Shown here: piece by piece, positions 54,836 to 63,988 of the stretch | How positions within the stretch are numbered: position 1 is the stretch's first letter | Layout: each line of letters starts with the position of its first letter | DNA from: a bacterium | Lineage (GTDB): Bacteria > Bacillota_I > Bacilli_A > RF39 > UBA660 | Length of the DNA stretch: 64,000 nucleotides | Assembly: GCA_963645945.1 (NCBI GenBank) | Contig: CAVIUA010000024.1 | Span: 8,394-72,393, forward strand | Reading direction: 5' to 3' | Notes under the pieces: model-generated | The model's input: the letters and a program-made list of their open reading frames with translations, nothing else | The model's database searches: none | Told to the model about the DNA's origin: nothing | Position numbers and translations under genes: made by a program

Positions 54836-56740
54836 ATGGCATTAAAATACAACGAGTCATCAATAAAAATACTAGAAGGATTAGAAGCAGTAAGAAAAAG
54901 ACCTGGTATGTACATTGGTTCAACCGATAAACGAGGATTACATCACTTGGTATGGGAAATTGTTGATAACGCAATAGATGAGGCCATTAATGGATTTGGT
55001 GATTACATAAAAGTAACTATTCATAAAGATAAATCTGTAAGTGTTGAGGACCATGGACGTGGAGTTCCAACAGGAATGCATGAATCGGGTAAATCAACAC
55101 CAGAAGTAATATATACAGTACTACATGCTGGTGGTAAATTTGAAAGTGATGGCTACAAAGTTTCAGGCGGATTACATGGCGTTGGTAGTAGTGTCGTTAA
55201 TGCTTTATCAAAATGGATGGAAGTAACTATTAAAAGGGATAAGAAAGAACACTATATCCGTTTTGAAAACGGGGGTAAAGTTGCTGTACCTTTAAAAGAA
55301 ATAGGCACATCTAATAAAACTGGAACAACAGTTAGATTTTTACCAGATGATGAAATCTTTACAGCAACAAATTTTTCATATACAACCATCTGCGAAAGAA
55401 TGCAAGAAAGTGCTTATCTTTTAAAAGGAATAACTATCGAAGTCGTTGATGAAGAAGATGAAAGAAATGCTAAATTCCATTACGAAAGAGGAATTGAAGA
55501 ATTTGTAGAAGAAATAAACAAAGGAAAAAATATTCTTCACAAAGTATTGTTTCTTTCAGGTGTAAAAGAAAAAATAGAAGTAGAAATTGCTATGCAATAT
55601 ACTGATTCATATAATGAAAATATTGTTAGCTTTGTAAATAATGTTAAAACTATCGATGGTGGATCACACGAAGTAGGTTTTAAAACAGCTTTAACTAAAG
55701 TATTTAATGATTATGCAAAAAATAATAACTTTGTAAAAGGTAAAGAAAAAGCTTTTGAAGGTAGTGATGTTAGAGAAGGTTTAACCGCTGTCATTAGTTT
55801 AAAAATACCAGAAGCTATTCTTCAATTTGAAGGACAAACCAAAGGAAAACTTGGAACACCTCAAGCTAGAGTTGCTGTAGAAAATATTGTAACCGATCAA
55901 ATAAGAACATTTTTAGAAGAAAATAAATCTATCGCAACTGAAATAATTAATAAAAGTTTACGTAGTAAAATTGCTCGTGAGGCAGCTAGAAAAGCTCGTG
56001 AGGAAGCTCGTAAAGGTACTAAGAAAAATAATAAAGAACGTTCTCTTTCCGGAAAACTTGCTCCAGCTCAAAGTAAAGATAAAGATAAAAAAGAATTATT
56101 CTTAGTCGAAGGAGATTCAGCAGGTGGCTCAGCAAAACAAGGAAGAGATAGACGTTACCAAGCAATTCTTCCTTTGAGAGGTAAAGTTTTAAATACTGAA
56201 AAAACTAAAGAAGAAGATATCCTTAAAAATGAAGAAATTAATACTATGATATATACCATTGGTGCAGGCTATGGTTCTAATTTTGATATTAAAGACTGTG
56301 AATATAGTAAAGTAATAATCATGTCCGATGCTGATGAAGATGGAGGACATATTCAATGCCTTTTATTAACATTCTTCTATCGTTATATGAAACCATTAAT
56401 AGAAGATGGAAGACTTTTCGTAGCTTTGCCACCATTATTTAAGATTCAATCTGGAAAAAATATTGAATATGCTTATACAATTGAAGAAATGCAAGCTAAA
56501 AGTAAAGGCAAAAAATGTGAAATACAAAGATATAAAGGTCTTGGTGAAATGAATGCTGATCAATTATGTGAAACAACTATGAAACCTGGAAGTAGAACAC
56601 TAATTAGAGTAAATATTGAAGATGCTCAACTTGCTGAAAAACGTGTTTCAATTCTTATGGGCGATGATGTACCACCAAGAAAAGAATGGATAGAGGAAAA
56701 CGTTGAATTCTCATTAGAAGATGACTATGCAATTAATTAA
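54836..56740 (+). CDS. parE: DNA topoisomerase IV subunit B
   Basis: Type IIA B-subunit motifs are LEGLEAVRKRPGMYIGS, GGLHGVG, EGDSAGGS and PLRGK.LN. I assign it as ParE because the adjacent A-subunit is ParC-like. Confidence 0.75.
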   Translation: MALKYNESSIKILEGLEAVRKRPGMYIGSTDKRGLHHLVWEIVDNAIDEAINGFGDYIKVTIHKDKSVSVEDHGRGVPTGMHESGKSTPEVIYTVLHAGGKFESDGYKVSGGLHGVGSSVVNALSKWMEVTIKRDKKEHYIRFENGGKVAVPLKEIGTSNKTGTTVRFLPDDEIFTATNFSYTTICERMQESAYLLKGITIEVVDEEDERNAKFHYERGIEEFVEEINKGKNILHKVLFLSGVKEKIEVEIAMQYTDSYNENIVSFVNNVKTIDGGSHEVGFKTALTKVFNDYAKNNNFVKGKEKAFEGSDVREGLTAVISLKIPEAILQFEGQTKGKLGTPQARVAVENIVTDQIRTFLEENKSIATEIINKSLRSKIAREAARKAREEARKGTKKNNKERSLSGKLAPAQSKDKDKKELFLVEGDSAGGSAKQGRDRRYQAILPLRGKVLNTEKTKEEDILKNEEINTMIYTIGAGYGSNFDIKDCEYSKVIIMSDADEDGGHIQCLLLTFFYRYMKPLIEDGRLFVALPPLFKIQSGKNIEYAYTIEEMQAKSKGKKCEIQRYKGLGEMNADQLCETTMKPGSRTLIRVNIEDAQLAEKRVSILMGDDVPPRKEWIEENVEFSLEDDYAIN

Positions 56741-56755
56741 AAGGAGTAGGTTAAA

Positions 56756-59326
56756 ATGGCAAAAACAAAAACAGAAGAAATAATAGAAAAAATCTTTGAC
56801 TATACATTAGAAGACATCATGGGTGAACGCTTTGGTAGTTATTCAAAATACATAATTCAAGACCGTGCTATACCAGATGCCAGAGACGGATTAAAGCCAG
56901 TTCAACGCCGTATCCTTTATTCAATGTATAAAGAAAAAAATACTTATGATCATGGTTATCGAAAAAGTGCCAAAACCGTTGGTGACGTAATTGGTAATTA
57001 TCATCCACATGGTGATAGTTCCATATATGATGCCATGGTACGTATGTCTCAACCTTGGAAAACAAGATTACCATATATAGATATGCATGGAAATAATGGT
57101 TCGATTGATGGCGACTCTCCAGCTGCTTATCGTTATACTGAAGCAAGACTTTCAAAAATCAGCAATGAAATGCTTAGAGATATCGATAAAAATACTGTTG
57201 AATTTGCCCCAAATTTTGACGATACAACAGTAGAACCAACCGTATTACCAGCAAGATTTCCGGCTCTTTTAGTTTATGGTGCTCAAGGAATATCAGCAGG
57301 TTATGCTACTAATATTCCACCACATAACTTAGGAGAAATAATTGACGCTACCATTTATAGAGTAGATCATCCAGACTGTACCCTAGAAGAATTAATGCAA
57401 TATGTAAAAGGCCCAGATTTTCCAACAGGAGCTATAGTAGAAGGAATTGATGGTATAAAAGATGCTTATACAACAGGCCGTGGTAAAATAAATATTAAAA
57501 GTAAATACACAATCGAAGAAGACAAGAATAAAACTTCTATTGTCATTACCGAAATACCATTTGAAACAAACAAAGCCTTATTAGTTAAAAAGATAGATGA
57601 CATTAGAATTGATAAAAAAATAGAAGGAATAATTGAAGTACGTGATGAGTCAGCTGCTGATGTCAGAGTTGTTATAGACTTAAAGAAAACAGCTAATAAA
57701 GAACTTATCATAAATTATTTATTAAAAAATACTGACATGCAAATAAGTTATAACTTTAACATGGTTTCAATTGTTAATAGACGTCCAAAACTACTTGGCC
57801 TAGCTCAAGCACTTGATGCTTTCATAATACATCAAAAAGATGTCGTAAAAAGAAGAACTGAATTTGACTTAGCTCATGCTAAAGCTAGATATCATATTGT
57901 AGAAGGTTTAATTAAATGTATTTCTATCCTAGATGAAGTTATAAAAGTAATTAGAGCTTCTAAAAATAAACAAGACGCTAAAATGAACTTAGTAAAAGAA
58001 TTTGAATTTACCGAAGAACAAGCAGAAGCTATTGTTATTTTACAACTATACCGTTTAACTAATACAGACGTAGTAGCACTAGAAAATGAAAAAGCATCTT
58101 TAGAAAAAATAATTAAAGGATTAAGTGCCATCCTTGGCAGTGAAGAAGTATTAAAATCTGTAATGAAAAAAGATTTAAATGACGTTAAAGAAAATTATAA
58201 AACGCCAAGAATTACAGAAATAAAAGATCAAATAACAGAAATTAAAATAGATACAACCGCTATGATACCTAAAGAAGATGTCGTTGTATTAGTAACAAAA
58301 GATGGCTATATTAAAAGAACATCATTCCGTAGCTACACTGCTTCTAATCCAGAAGATATAACCATAAAAGAAAATGACTATATCATCGGAATATATGAAA
58401 TGAATACAACCGATACATTATTATTATTCACAACATCTGGAAATTACTTACATATACCAGTTCATATAATTCCGGATTTAAAATGGAAAGACATGCCAAA
58501 ACATGTAAGTAATATAATTGAAATGTCTTCAGATGAAAGCATTGTTTCATCAATTCCAGCATACAGCTTTGAAAGTGATAAAAATGTCGTTATCGCAACA
58601 CATGATGGAATGATTAAACGTTCAAAACTAAAAGAATTTAAATTACAACGTTATTCTAAAGCCACAAGTTGTATGAAATTAAAAGACAACGACTATGTAA
58701 TTGCTAGTTTCCTAGAAACAAGTTCATACTTATTCCTAACAACAGACTCTGGTTATGGACTAAGCTTTAAAACTGAAGAAGTACCAGTTGTCGGTGTAAA
58801 AGCATCCGGTGTAAAAGGAATAAAACTTAAAGATGATAACTTAGTATCAGTAAATCAATATGATCCAGAAAAAGACGAATTTATTTCTATCATTACTGAA
58901 AAAGGTACCGGAAAAAGAGTAAGATTAAGTGACTTTGACGTATCATCAAGAACAAGAAGAGGCTTACAAGTAATAAGAGAAGTTAAAACTAATCCATACA
59001 AAATACTTAAAACTTTTATTACAGACTCTAGAAACTACATTGGTCTAAAAAATTCAGATATTAATAAGTATAAATTAACTGAATTACCAATAAGTGATCG
59101 CCATTCTACAGGAAGCCAAATAACTAAACATAATATAACAGATGCCTATTTGGATGCTGTCTTAGTAAGAAACAATAAAGAACAAATCAATTTGATTTCT
59201 GAAGAAGAAGTAAGTGTTAAAGAAGAAGTAGAAGAGATAAAGGAAGAGATAAAGCCTAAAAAAGAAAGACTATCTCTAAAGGAGATAGATGATCGTCTAA
59301 TGACTATAGATGATTTTCTAAAATAA
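56756..59326 (+). CDS. parC: DNA topoisomerase IV subunit A with an E/K-rich C-terminal tail
   Basis: The N-terminus LEDIMGERFGSYSKYIIQDRAIPDARDGLKPVQRRILYSM is the ParC-type motif (GyrA has ..F.DYAMSVI..RALPD.RDGLKPV.RR.LY.M). The active-site region is AAYRYTEARL. I see no GyrA-box (QRRGGKG) in the C-terminal domain. Confidence 0.75.
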   Translation: MAKTKTEEIIEKIFDYTLEDIMGERFGSYSKYIIQDRAIPDARDGLKPVQRRILYSMYKEKNTYDHGYRKSAKTVGDVIGNYHPHGDSSIYDAMVRMSQPWKTRLPYIDMHGNNGSIDGDSPAAYRYTEARLSKISNEMLRDIDKNTVEFAPNFDDTTVEPTVLPARFPALLVYGAQGISAGYATNIPPHNLGEIIDATIYRVDHPDCTLEELMQYVKGPDFPTGAIVEGIDGIKDAYTTGRGKINIKSKYTIEEDKNKTSIVITEIPFETNKALLVKKIDDIRIDKKIEGIIEVRDESAADVRVVIDLKKTANKELIINYLLKNTDMQISYNFNMVSIVNRRPKLLGLAQALDAFIIHQKDVVKRRTEFDLAHAKARYHIVEGLIKCISILDEVIKVIRASKNKQDAKMNLVKEFEFTEEQAEAIVILQLYRLTNTDVVALENEKASLEKIIKGLSAILGSEEVLKSVMKKDLNDVKENYKTPRITEIKDQITEIKIDTTAMIPKEDVVVLVTKDGYIKRTSFRSYTASNPEDITIKENDYIIGIYEMNTTDTLLLFTTSGNYLHIPVHIIPDLKWKDMPKHVSNIIEMSSDESIVSSIPAYSFESDKNVVIATHDGMIKRSKLKEFKLQRYSKATSCMKLKDNDYVIASFLETSSYLFLTTDSGYGLSFKTEEVPVVGVKASGVKGIKLKDDNLVSVNQYDPEKDEFISIITEKGTGKRVRLSDFDVSSRTRRGLQVIREVKTNPYKILKTFITDSRNYIGLKNSDINKYKLTELPISDRHSTGSQITKHNITDAYLDAVLVRNNKEQINLISEEEVSVKEEVEEIKEEIKPKKERLSLKEIDDRLMTIDDFLK

Positions 59327-59327
59327 T

Positions 59328-60359
59328 ATGACTAAAATAGATTACGAAAAGATAAATAAATATTTGAATAGCTACTGTTTAGAAATGGATGAGAGTTACT
59401 TTCTAGAAAATATAAGTGCTTTGTATAATCTTACTTTATCCTTGAATTTAAAATTAAATACTTCAGTTGTAACTGATGAAAAGGTAAGAGAATCGTTAAA
59501 AGAACCAACAGAATATTTTACTTTGCTAGAAAGCTTAGACTTAGTTGATAAATATTTAACTGAAAAACTTCCGATGTATAAGAAAGATTTTAACAAAGCT
59601 ATGTCCTCTGGAACATTAAATATAGTAGACCCAGATGACAATGAAGCAACCGACTTAGAAAGCTATACTACTATTGATGAAAAAAAACATCATGTTATAA
59701 ATGTAGTATTAACTCATAATGCTAATGATCCAAATACAATCATTCATGAATTCTTACATGACATAAATGCTGAAGATGAAGAGAAAAAATCAAGAAGATA
59801 TATTTCAGAAGCTATATCAATATATTTTGAGTTAGATATGAACAATTTCATGCTTGAACAAGGTGTAAGCCAAGAAGATATAGCCTCACTTTTAATGTAT
59901 AGGTTAAATGATTGTTATCACTGCTGTGAGGATATTCTTGTTGCATTTCCTTTCCTATATTACTTTTATACTTTAGGCTCAATAGATGAAAAATCATATC
60001 AAGATATGTCAAATTATAAACTTTTACCAAGACCAAAGGATGAAAAAAGTTTTAATACAATGTTAAGTGACTTTCAAAAAATTATTGAAAGAAGACCTGA
60101 GTATAATCCTTTACTTACCTTTAGCTATGTAATTGGCACAATGGTAGCTTTCTATGGAATAAATCATGGAGAAGACTTCCGTCAAAAAATGGCTGAATTA
60201 AATGACTTAGCTAATTCTGGCAATGTTAAAAAAATATTTAGTCATATTGGTATTGATATTTATAATAAAAATTGCATTAAACAAATAGATGAAGGTCTAG
60301 ACAAAGGCATAAATATAATAAGTACAACTATTAATAAAAGAAGTTCAAAAGAAAAGTAA
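59328..60359 (+). CDS. Hypothetical protein with a gluzincin-like HEFLH...E motif (possible M3B/PepF-like metallopeptidase remnant)
   Basis: IIHEFLHDINAEDEEKKSRRYISEAISIYFE resembles the PepF pattern HE.GH....(about 20 residues)....E.AS...E. The ATG lies 1 nt after the parC stop and has no obvious SD. Confidence 0.4.
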   Translation: MTKIDYEKINKYLNSYCLEMDESYFLENISALYNLTLSLNLKLNTSVVTDEKVRESLKEPTEYFTLLESLDLVDKYLTEKLPMYKKDFNKAMSSGTLNIVDPDDNEATDLESYTTIDEKKHHVINVVLTHNANDPNTIIHEFLHDINAEDEEKKSRRYISEAISIYFELDMNNFMLEQGVSQEDIASLLMYRLNDCYHCCEDILVAFPFLYYFYTLGSIDEKSYQDMSNYKLLPRPKDEKSFNTMLSDFQKIIERRPEYNPLLTFSYVIGTMVAFYGINHGEDFRQKMAELNDLANSGNVKKIFSHIGIDIYNKNCIKQIDEGLDKGINIISTTINKRSSKEK

Positions 60360-60407
60360 AGGACTTCTTTTTTTTGATTTTAATCATAAAATTATATAGG
60401 TGATATC

Positions 60408-60779
60408 ATGTCCAAAGAAACATTTAAAGCTTTTGCAAGAAACCATCCTGAGTTAGCAACATCAGTTCTAAAAAATAATACTACTTGGCAAAAACTCTAT
60501 GAAATATATGAAATCTATGGTGAAAGTAGTAATATCTGGAATTCTTATATAACACCAAGTAATGTCACTAGTACTTTAAGAACAACTTCAAAATCTACTA
60601 CAACTTCATTGAAAGACCTATTCAACACTTTCAAAAATATAGACCTAGATTCAGTCCAAAAAGGTGTTGAAAATCTTCAAAAAACAATAGGACTTTTACA
60701 GGATATTGGTTTTACCAATACTAAAGATGTCCAAAATATATATGAACCAAGACCAATGTATAAACATTTTGAGGATTAA
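60408..60779 (+). CDS. ylbD: YlbD-like protein
   Basis: FKAFARNHPELATSVLKNNTTWQKLYEIYEIYGE parallels B. subtilis YlbD (FKTFVKSHPKLIQEVRKGNKTWQELYEDWYLLGE). The C-terminal segment is LQKTIGLLQ. Confidence 0.65.
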   Translation: MSKETFKAFARNHPELATSVLKNNTTWQKLYEIYEIYGESSNIWNSYITPSNVTSTLRTTSKSTTTSLKDLFNTFKNIDLDSVQKGVENLQKTIGLLQDIGFTNTKDVQNIYEPRPMYKHFED

Positions 60780-60784
60780 TATTT

Positions 60785-61006
60785 ATGGACTTATATACAA
60801 TTAATTATATAAAGACTAATCCTATGATTTATACATATCTAAGAGAAAACTCCTACTGGTATAAATATCTAAATAGGAGTCCAATCTATTTAAAAAAAGT
60901 AGAAGAAGAAGCCAAGAAAAAATATAAACTAACTACTACTGATAGAATAGAAAAAATATCAAATAGTATAAATTTAGTTTCTAATATTTTAGATGTACTT
61001 AAATAA
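60785..61006 (+). CDS. ylbE: YlbE-like protein
   Basis: YIKTNPMIYTYLRENSYWYKYLNRSP parallels B. subtilis YlbE (YIQSDPELKQFLREQPYWYRKLSRNP). Confidence 0.65.
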   Translation: MDLYTINYIKTNPMIYTYLRENSYWYKYLNRSPIYLKKVEEEAKKKYKLTTTDRIEKISNSINLVSNILDVLK

Positions 61007-61027
61007 AAATTATGATAAAATAAAATT

Positions 61028-61312
61028 ATGGAAGAGTTAATAGAAAAAATAGAAAAATTAAAAAAAGAACTTGATAATACTGAACAAGTTCAAAAAATAA
61101 AAGAATTAAATAAAAAAATCAAAGAATGTGAAGAACTTCATAAAAAAATACAAAAATATCATGATACGCATAGTGAAAAAATAAAAGAGGAGATTTATAA
61201 AAATAACTTATATCAAGAATATAAAAGATCTGAAACAGAACTTAATATATTAATTTTACAAATAAATAATGAATTAAAGAAAATAAATAACAAGGGTAAG
61301 TGTGGCTTATGA
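61028..61312 (+). CDS. Small coiled-coil protein, YlbF/YmcA-like by position
   Basis: The call rests on its position between ylbE and rsmD as in B. subtilis, its helical K/E-rich sequence and its Cys-containing end (GKCGL). Sequence similarity is weak. Confidence 0.4.
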   Translation: MEELIEKIEKLKKELDNTEQVQKIKELNKKIKECEELHKKIQKYHDTHSEKIKEEIYKNNLYQEYKRSETELNILILQINNELKKINNKGKCGL

Positions 61313-61854
61313 AAGTAATTTCAGGTATTTATAAAGGAAGAACTATAAAAGGATATGACATGGATGGAACTAGACCAACAATGGATAGAGTAAAAGAAAG
61401 TCTTTTTGCAACAATTCAAGATGAAATAAAAGATAGCGTTATTTTAGATTTATTTTCAGGTACTGGTTCGCTAGCTATAGAGTCACTTAGTCAAGGAGCA
61501 AAAACCGCTTACGCTATCGATAAAAGTAAAGAAGCTATAAAAACAATTAACGAAAATATTAAAACAATAGGAGTAAATAACTGTAAAGCTATCATGTCCG
61601 ATTATAAAAGTGCCATAATAAGTTTTAAAAATCAACAACTTAAATTTGATATAGTATTTTTAGATCCACCATATAAAACAGATTATATTGAAAAAAGCCT
61701 AAATTTAATAATTGAAAATGATATTTTAAAAGATACTGGTCTAATAGTTTGTGAGACTGATGATTTAGATAAAATAATTTATCCAGAATCTTTAAAAGAA
61801 GTAAAGTCAAAAAAATATGGTGATATTAGGGTAGTTATATTAGAAAAAATATGA
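61309..61854 (+). CDS. rsmD: 16S rRNA (guanine966-N2)-methyltransferase RsmD
   Basis: Motifs are VISGIYKGR.I, TRPTMDRVKESLF, LDLFSGTGSLAIES and FLDPPY. An ATGA overlap links it to the previous gene. The ORF-track GTG 61300 is less likely. Confidence 0.85.
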   Translation: MKVISGIYKGRTIKGYDMDGTRPTMDRVKESLFATIQDEIKDSVILDLFSGTGSLAIESLSQGAKTAYAIDKSKEAIKTINENIKTIGVNNCKAIMSDYKSAIISFKNQQLKFDIVFLDPPYKTDYIEKSLNLIIENDILKDTGLIVCETDDLDKIIYPESLKEVKSKKYGDIRVVILEKI

Positions 61855-61891
61855 TAAAATATCAATAGAATAGAGAGTTTAGGTGATTCTA

Positions 61892-63958
61892 ATGAAATTG
61901 AATAATAAGGGTTTCGCAATATCTACAGTTTTATATTCACTACTAATCATGGTTTTTTTAATTGTTACATTAATGATGAGTATAATGGCTTCTAATCGTA
62001 AGTCCAATCGTAATTTAGTCACAACTATAGAAGATGAATTAAATAGGTATAGTGAAAGTGCAACTACCATAGCTTTTAATGATGCTTCGCCAAACGATTA
62101 TCAGACATATACAGTACCCTTTGGTCAATCTGGCTGGTATAAAATAGAACTCTGGGGTGCATCAGGTGGAAGCACAGATACAAAATCAGGTGGAAAAGGT
62201 GCATATACATCTGGTCTGATTTATTTAACCGATAATCAAAAGCTTTATTTTTATATAGGTGGAACTACAAATAGTACTGCTGGTGGTGCAAACGGTGGTG
62301 GTACCGGTGCTGGAACAGGAAAAGGTGGCGGTGGAGCAACTGATGTTAGAACATTATCAGGTGAATGGAACAATACTGATTCTTTAAAAACCAGAATAAT
62401 GGTTGCTGCAGGTGGCGGTGGAGCTGATGGCTTTAATGGTGGAGCCGACGGTGGTGATGCTGGTGCTTTAATAGGAATGCCCGGTAAAAGTAACATTACA
62501 TCGAGTAATTACACCAATGCCGGATATGGAAGTCAAAAAGGACCAATTATTATAAGTAAATTAGGTAACGCAGGCATTGTAAAACATTGCAATTCTGGCT
62601 ATATAACTGATGATGTACAAGGAAACATAAAAAAGGCCTGTGGTAAATTAGGAATAGGTGGCTACGCAACAAACGGTGAAGGCGGAGGCGGCGGTTCTGG
62701 TTATTTTGGAGGCGGTGCCGGCTCTTCAGATAATAGTACTGTTGCAGGTTCAGGCGCAGGTGGCTCATCATTTATAGCTGGATATTCAGGCGTTTTATAT
62801 AGCTATAAATGGTCTGATGTATCTGATAGTGATATTACAGGCTATGTAGGTGAAACATATTATACTGAAACTTCTAGGTACTTTATAAATGGCCAAATGA
62901 TAGAAGGCATAAATGAAGGAAATGGTAAGGCTAGAATAGAACTAGTGTCTACTGCATCACAAGAAACCAAACCAGCTGTTAAAAATAACAAATTAAATAA
63001 TGTCCGATATATTAAAAGCTGTACATCTGGAACAGTTGATGATCAAAATAACATTACCTGGTCAGAATTGGTAGCAATGCAAAATGGAGTTAATATAGCG
63101 TCTAACAAAAGTGTAAAAAATGTATCTGGTGCTACAATGTCATCAGAAAAGAAAAATGCAATTGATGGTGATGCAGAAACATTATATACTGGTACAAGAA
63201 ATACATCATCAAGTACTAGTGCTTGTATTACAATAGATTTAGGTTCAGTACAAAATTTAGATGAAATATCCGTACATCATAATCCAACAGTTGCTTCCAA
63301 GAAAAGTTACAAAGAAAGTTTACAAGTATCATCAGATAATAGTACCTGGGTAACTTTAATATCTTCAGAAGGTGAAGGATTACCAGAAAGTTCTTCTGGA
63401 ATTAGATACACAGCATGGGATTTAGATTATCAAGCTTCTTTGCCAAATGGAATATACCAAATTCAGTCAGCTTTATCTCAAGTTAGTAGAGGTTTATCAG
63501 CCGTTAACAACAATACTGGACAACAAGAAAGTGAAAATGCTGATACTCTATATTCCGAACGACATGTTAAACTTGCTTTACTTGGTACACAAAATCTATC
63601 ACAAGAATGGGCACTTACTTATTTGGGAACAAGTACCAATAATGATATATATAGATTAGTTGAAACAGCATCAAACCATGCACTCCAAATAAAAGATAGT
63701 AAAGGAACAGCTGGTACTGCTGTAAATACTTCATCTGGATATGGAAGTTATGATGAGGTTGTGGAACAAGCAGGATATAACTGGACACAATGGCACATAA
63801 CTTCACTTGGCGACGGAACATATACAATTAAAGCTGATATCGGAGGAAATTGTCTTTCCACTACAGTCAATAACTACAACACAGATTCTGATATTAATAT
63901 AAACACCTGTAATAATTCCATACAACAACGTTGGATTTTTAAAGTAGCAAGTTTTTAA
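61892..63958 (+). CDS. Modular pilin-like protein: prepilin-type N-terminus, ALK/LTK-type glycine-rich domain, F5/8 type C (discoidin) domain and ricin-B (beta-trefoil) lectin
   Basis: The N-terminus is MKLNNKG|FAISTVLYSLLIMVFLIVTLMM (a class III signal-like sequence with no Glu at +5). The glycine-rich domain reads GWYKIELWGASGG...GGKGAYTSG.IYL...KLYFYIGG...GGGGATDVR...RIMVAAGGGGADG...GGGGGSGYFGGGAG...GKARIELVS (nt ~62090-62950). The discoidin domain has AIDGDAETLY...CITIDLGSVQNLDEISVHH...LQVSSDNSTWVTL. Three QxW repeats follow (QEW, TQW, QQRW). ATG 61892 sits behind an AGGTGA RBS. Confidence 0.7.
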   Translation: MKLNNKGFAISTVLYSLLIMVFLIVTLMMSIMASNRKSNRNLVTTIEDELNRYSESATTIAFNDASPNDYQTYTVPFGQSGWYKIELWGASGGSTDTKSGGKGAYTSGLIYLTDNQKLYFYIGGTTNSTAGGANGGGTGAGTGKGGGGATDVRTLSGEWNNTDSLKTRIMVAAGGGGADGFNGGADGGDAGALIGMPGKSNITSSNYTNAGYGSQKGPIIISKLGNAGIVKHCNSGYITDDVQGNIKKACGKLGIGGYATNGEGGGGGSGYFGGGAGSSDNSTVAGSGAGGSSFIAGYSGVLYSYKWSDVSDSDITGYVGETYYTETSRYFINGQMIEGINEGNGKARIELVSTASQETKPAVKNNKLNNVRYIKSCTSGTVDDQNNITWSELVAMQNGVNIASNKSVKNVSGATMSSEKKNAIDGDAETLYTGTRNTSSSTSACITIDLGSVQNLDEISVHHNPTVASKKSYKESLQVSSDNSTWVTLISSEGEGLPESSSGIRYTAWDLDYQASLPNGIYQIQSALSQVSRGLSAVNNNTGQQESENADTLYSERHVKLALLGTQNLSQEWALTYLGTSTNNDIYRLVETASNHALQIKDSKGTAGTAVNTSSGYGSYDEVVEQAGYNWTQWHITSLGDGTYTIKADIGGNCLSTTVNNYNTDSDININTCNNSIQQRWIFKVASF

Positions 63959-63959
63959 T

Positions 63960-63988
63960 AAGAGTATTTTACATAGTACTCTTTTTTC
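63960..63988 (+). terminator. Rho-independent terminator
   Basis: aagagta-(10-nt loop)-tactctt followed by T6. Confidence 0.65.

Noticed and set aside
54836-59326. Calling this pair gyrB-gyrA.
   Set aside because: The A-subunit N-terminus (GERFGSYSKYIIQDRAIPDARDGLKPVQRRILYSM) is the ParC signature, and I found no GyrA-box (QRRGGKG-like) in the C-terminal domain. The locus also lacks the dnaA-dnaN-recF context. A phylogeny would settle the question.
62251-62496. Proline/alanine-rich antisense ORF (81 aa) opposite the glycine-rich domain.
   Set aside because: It is the reverse complement of GGN glycine codons (CCN = Pro), so it is an artefact of the sense-strand composition.
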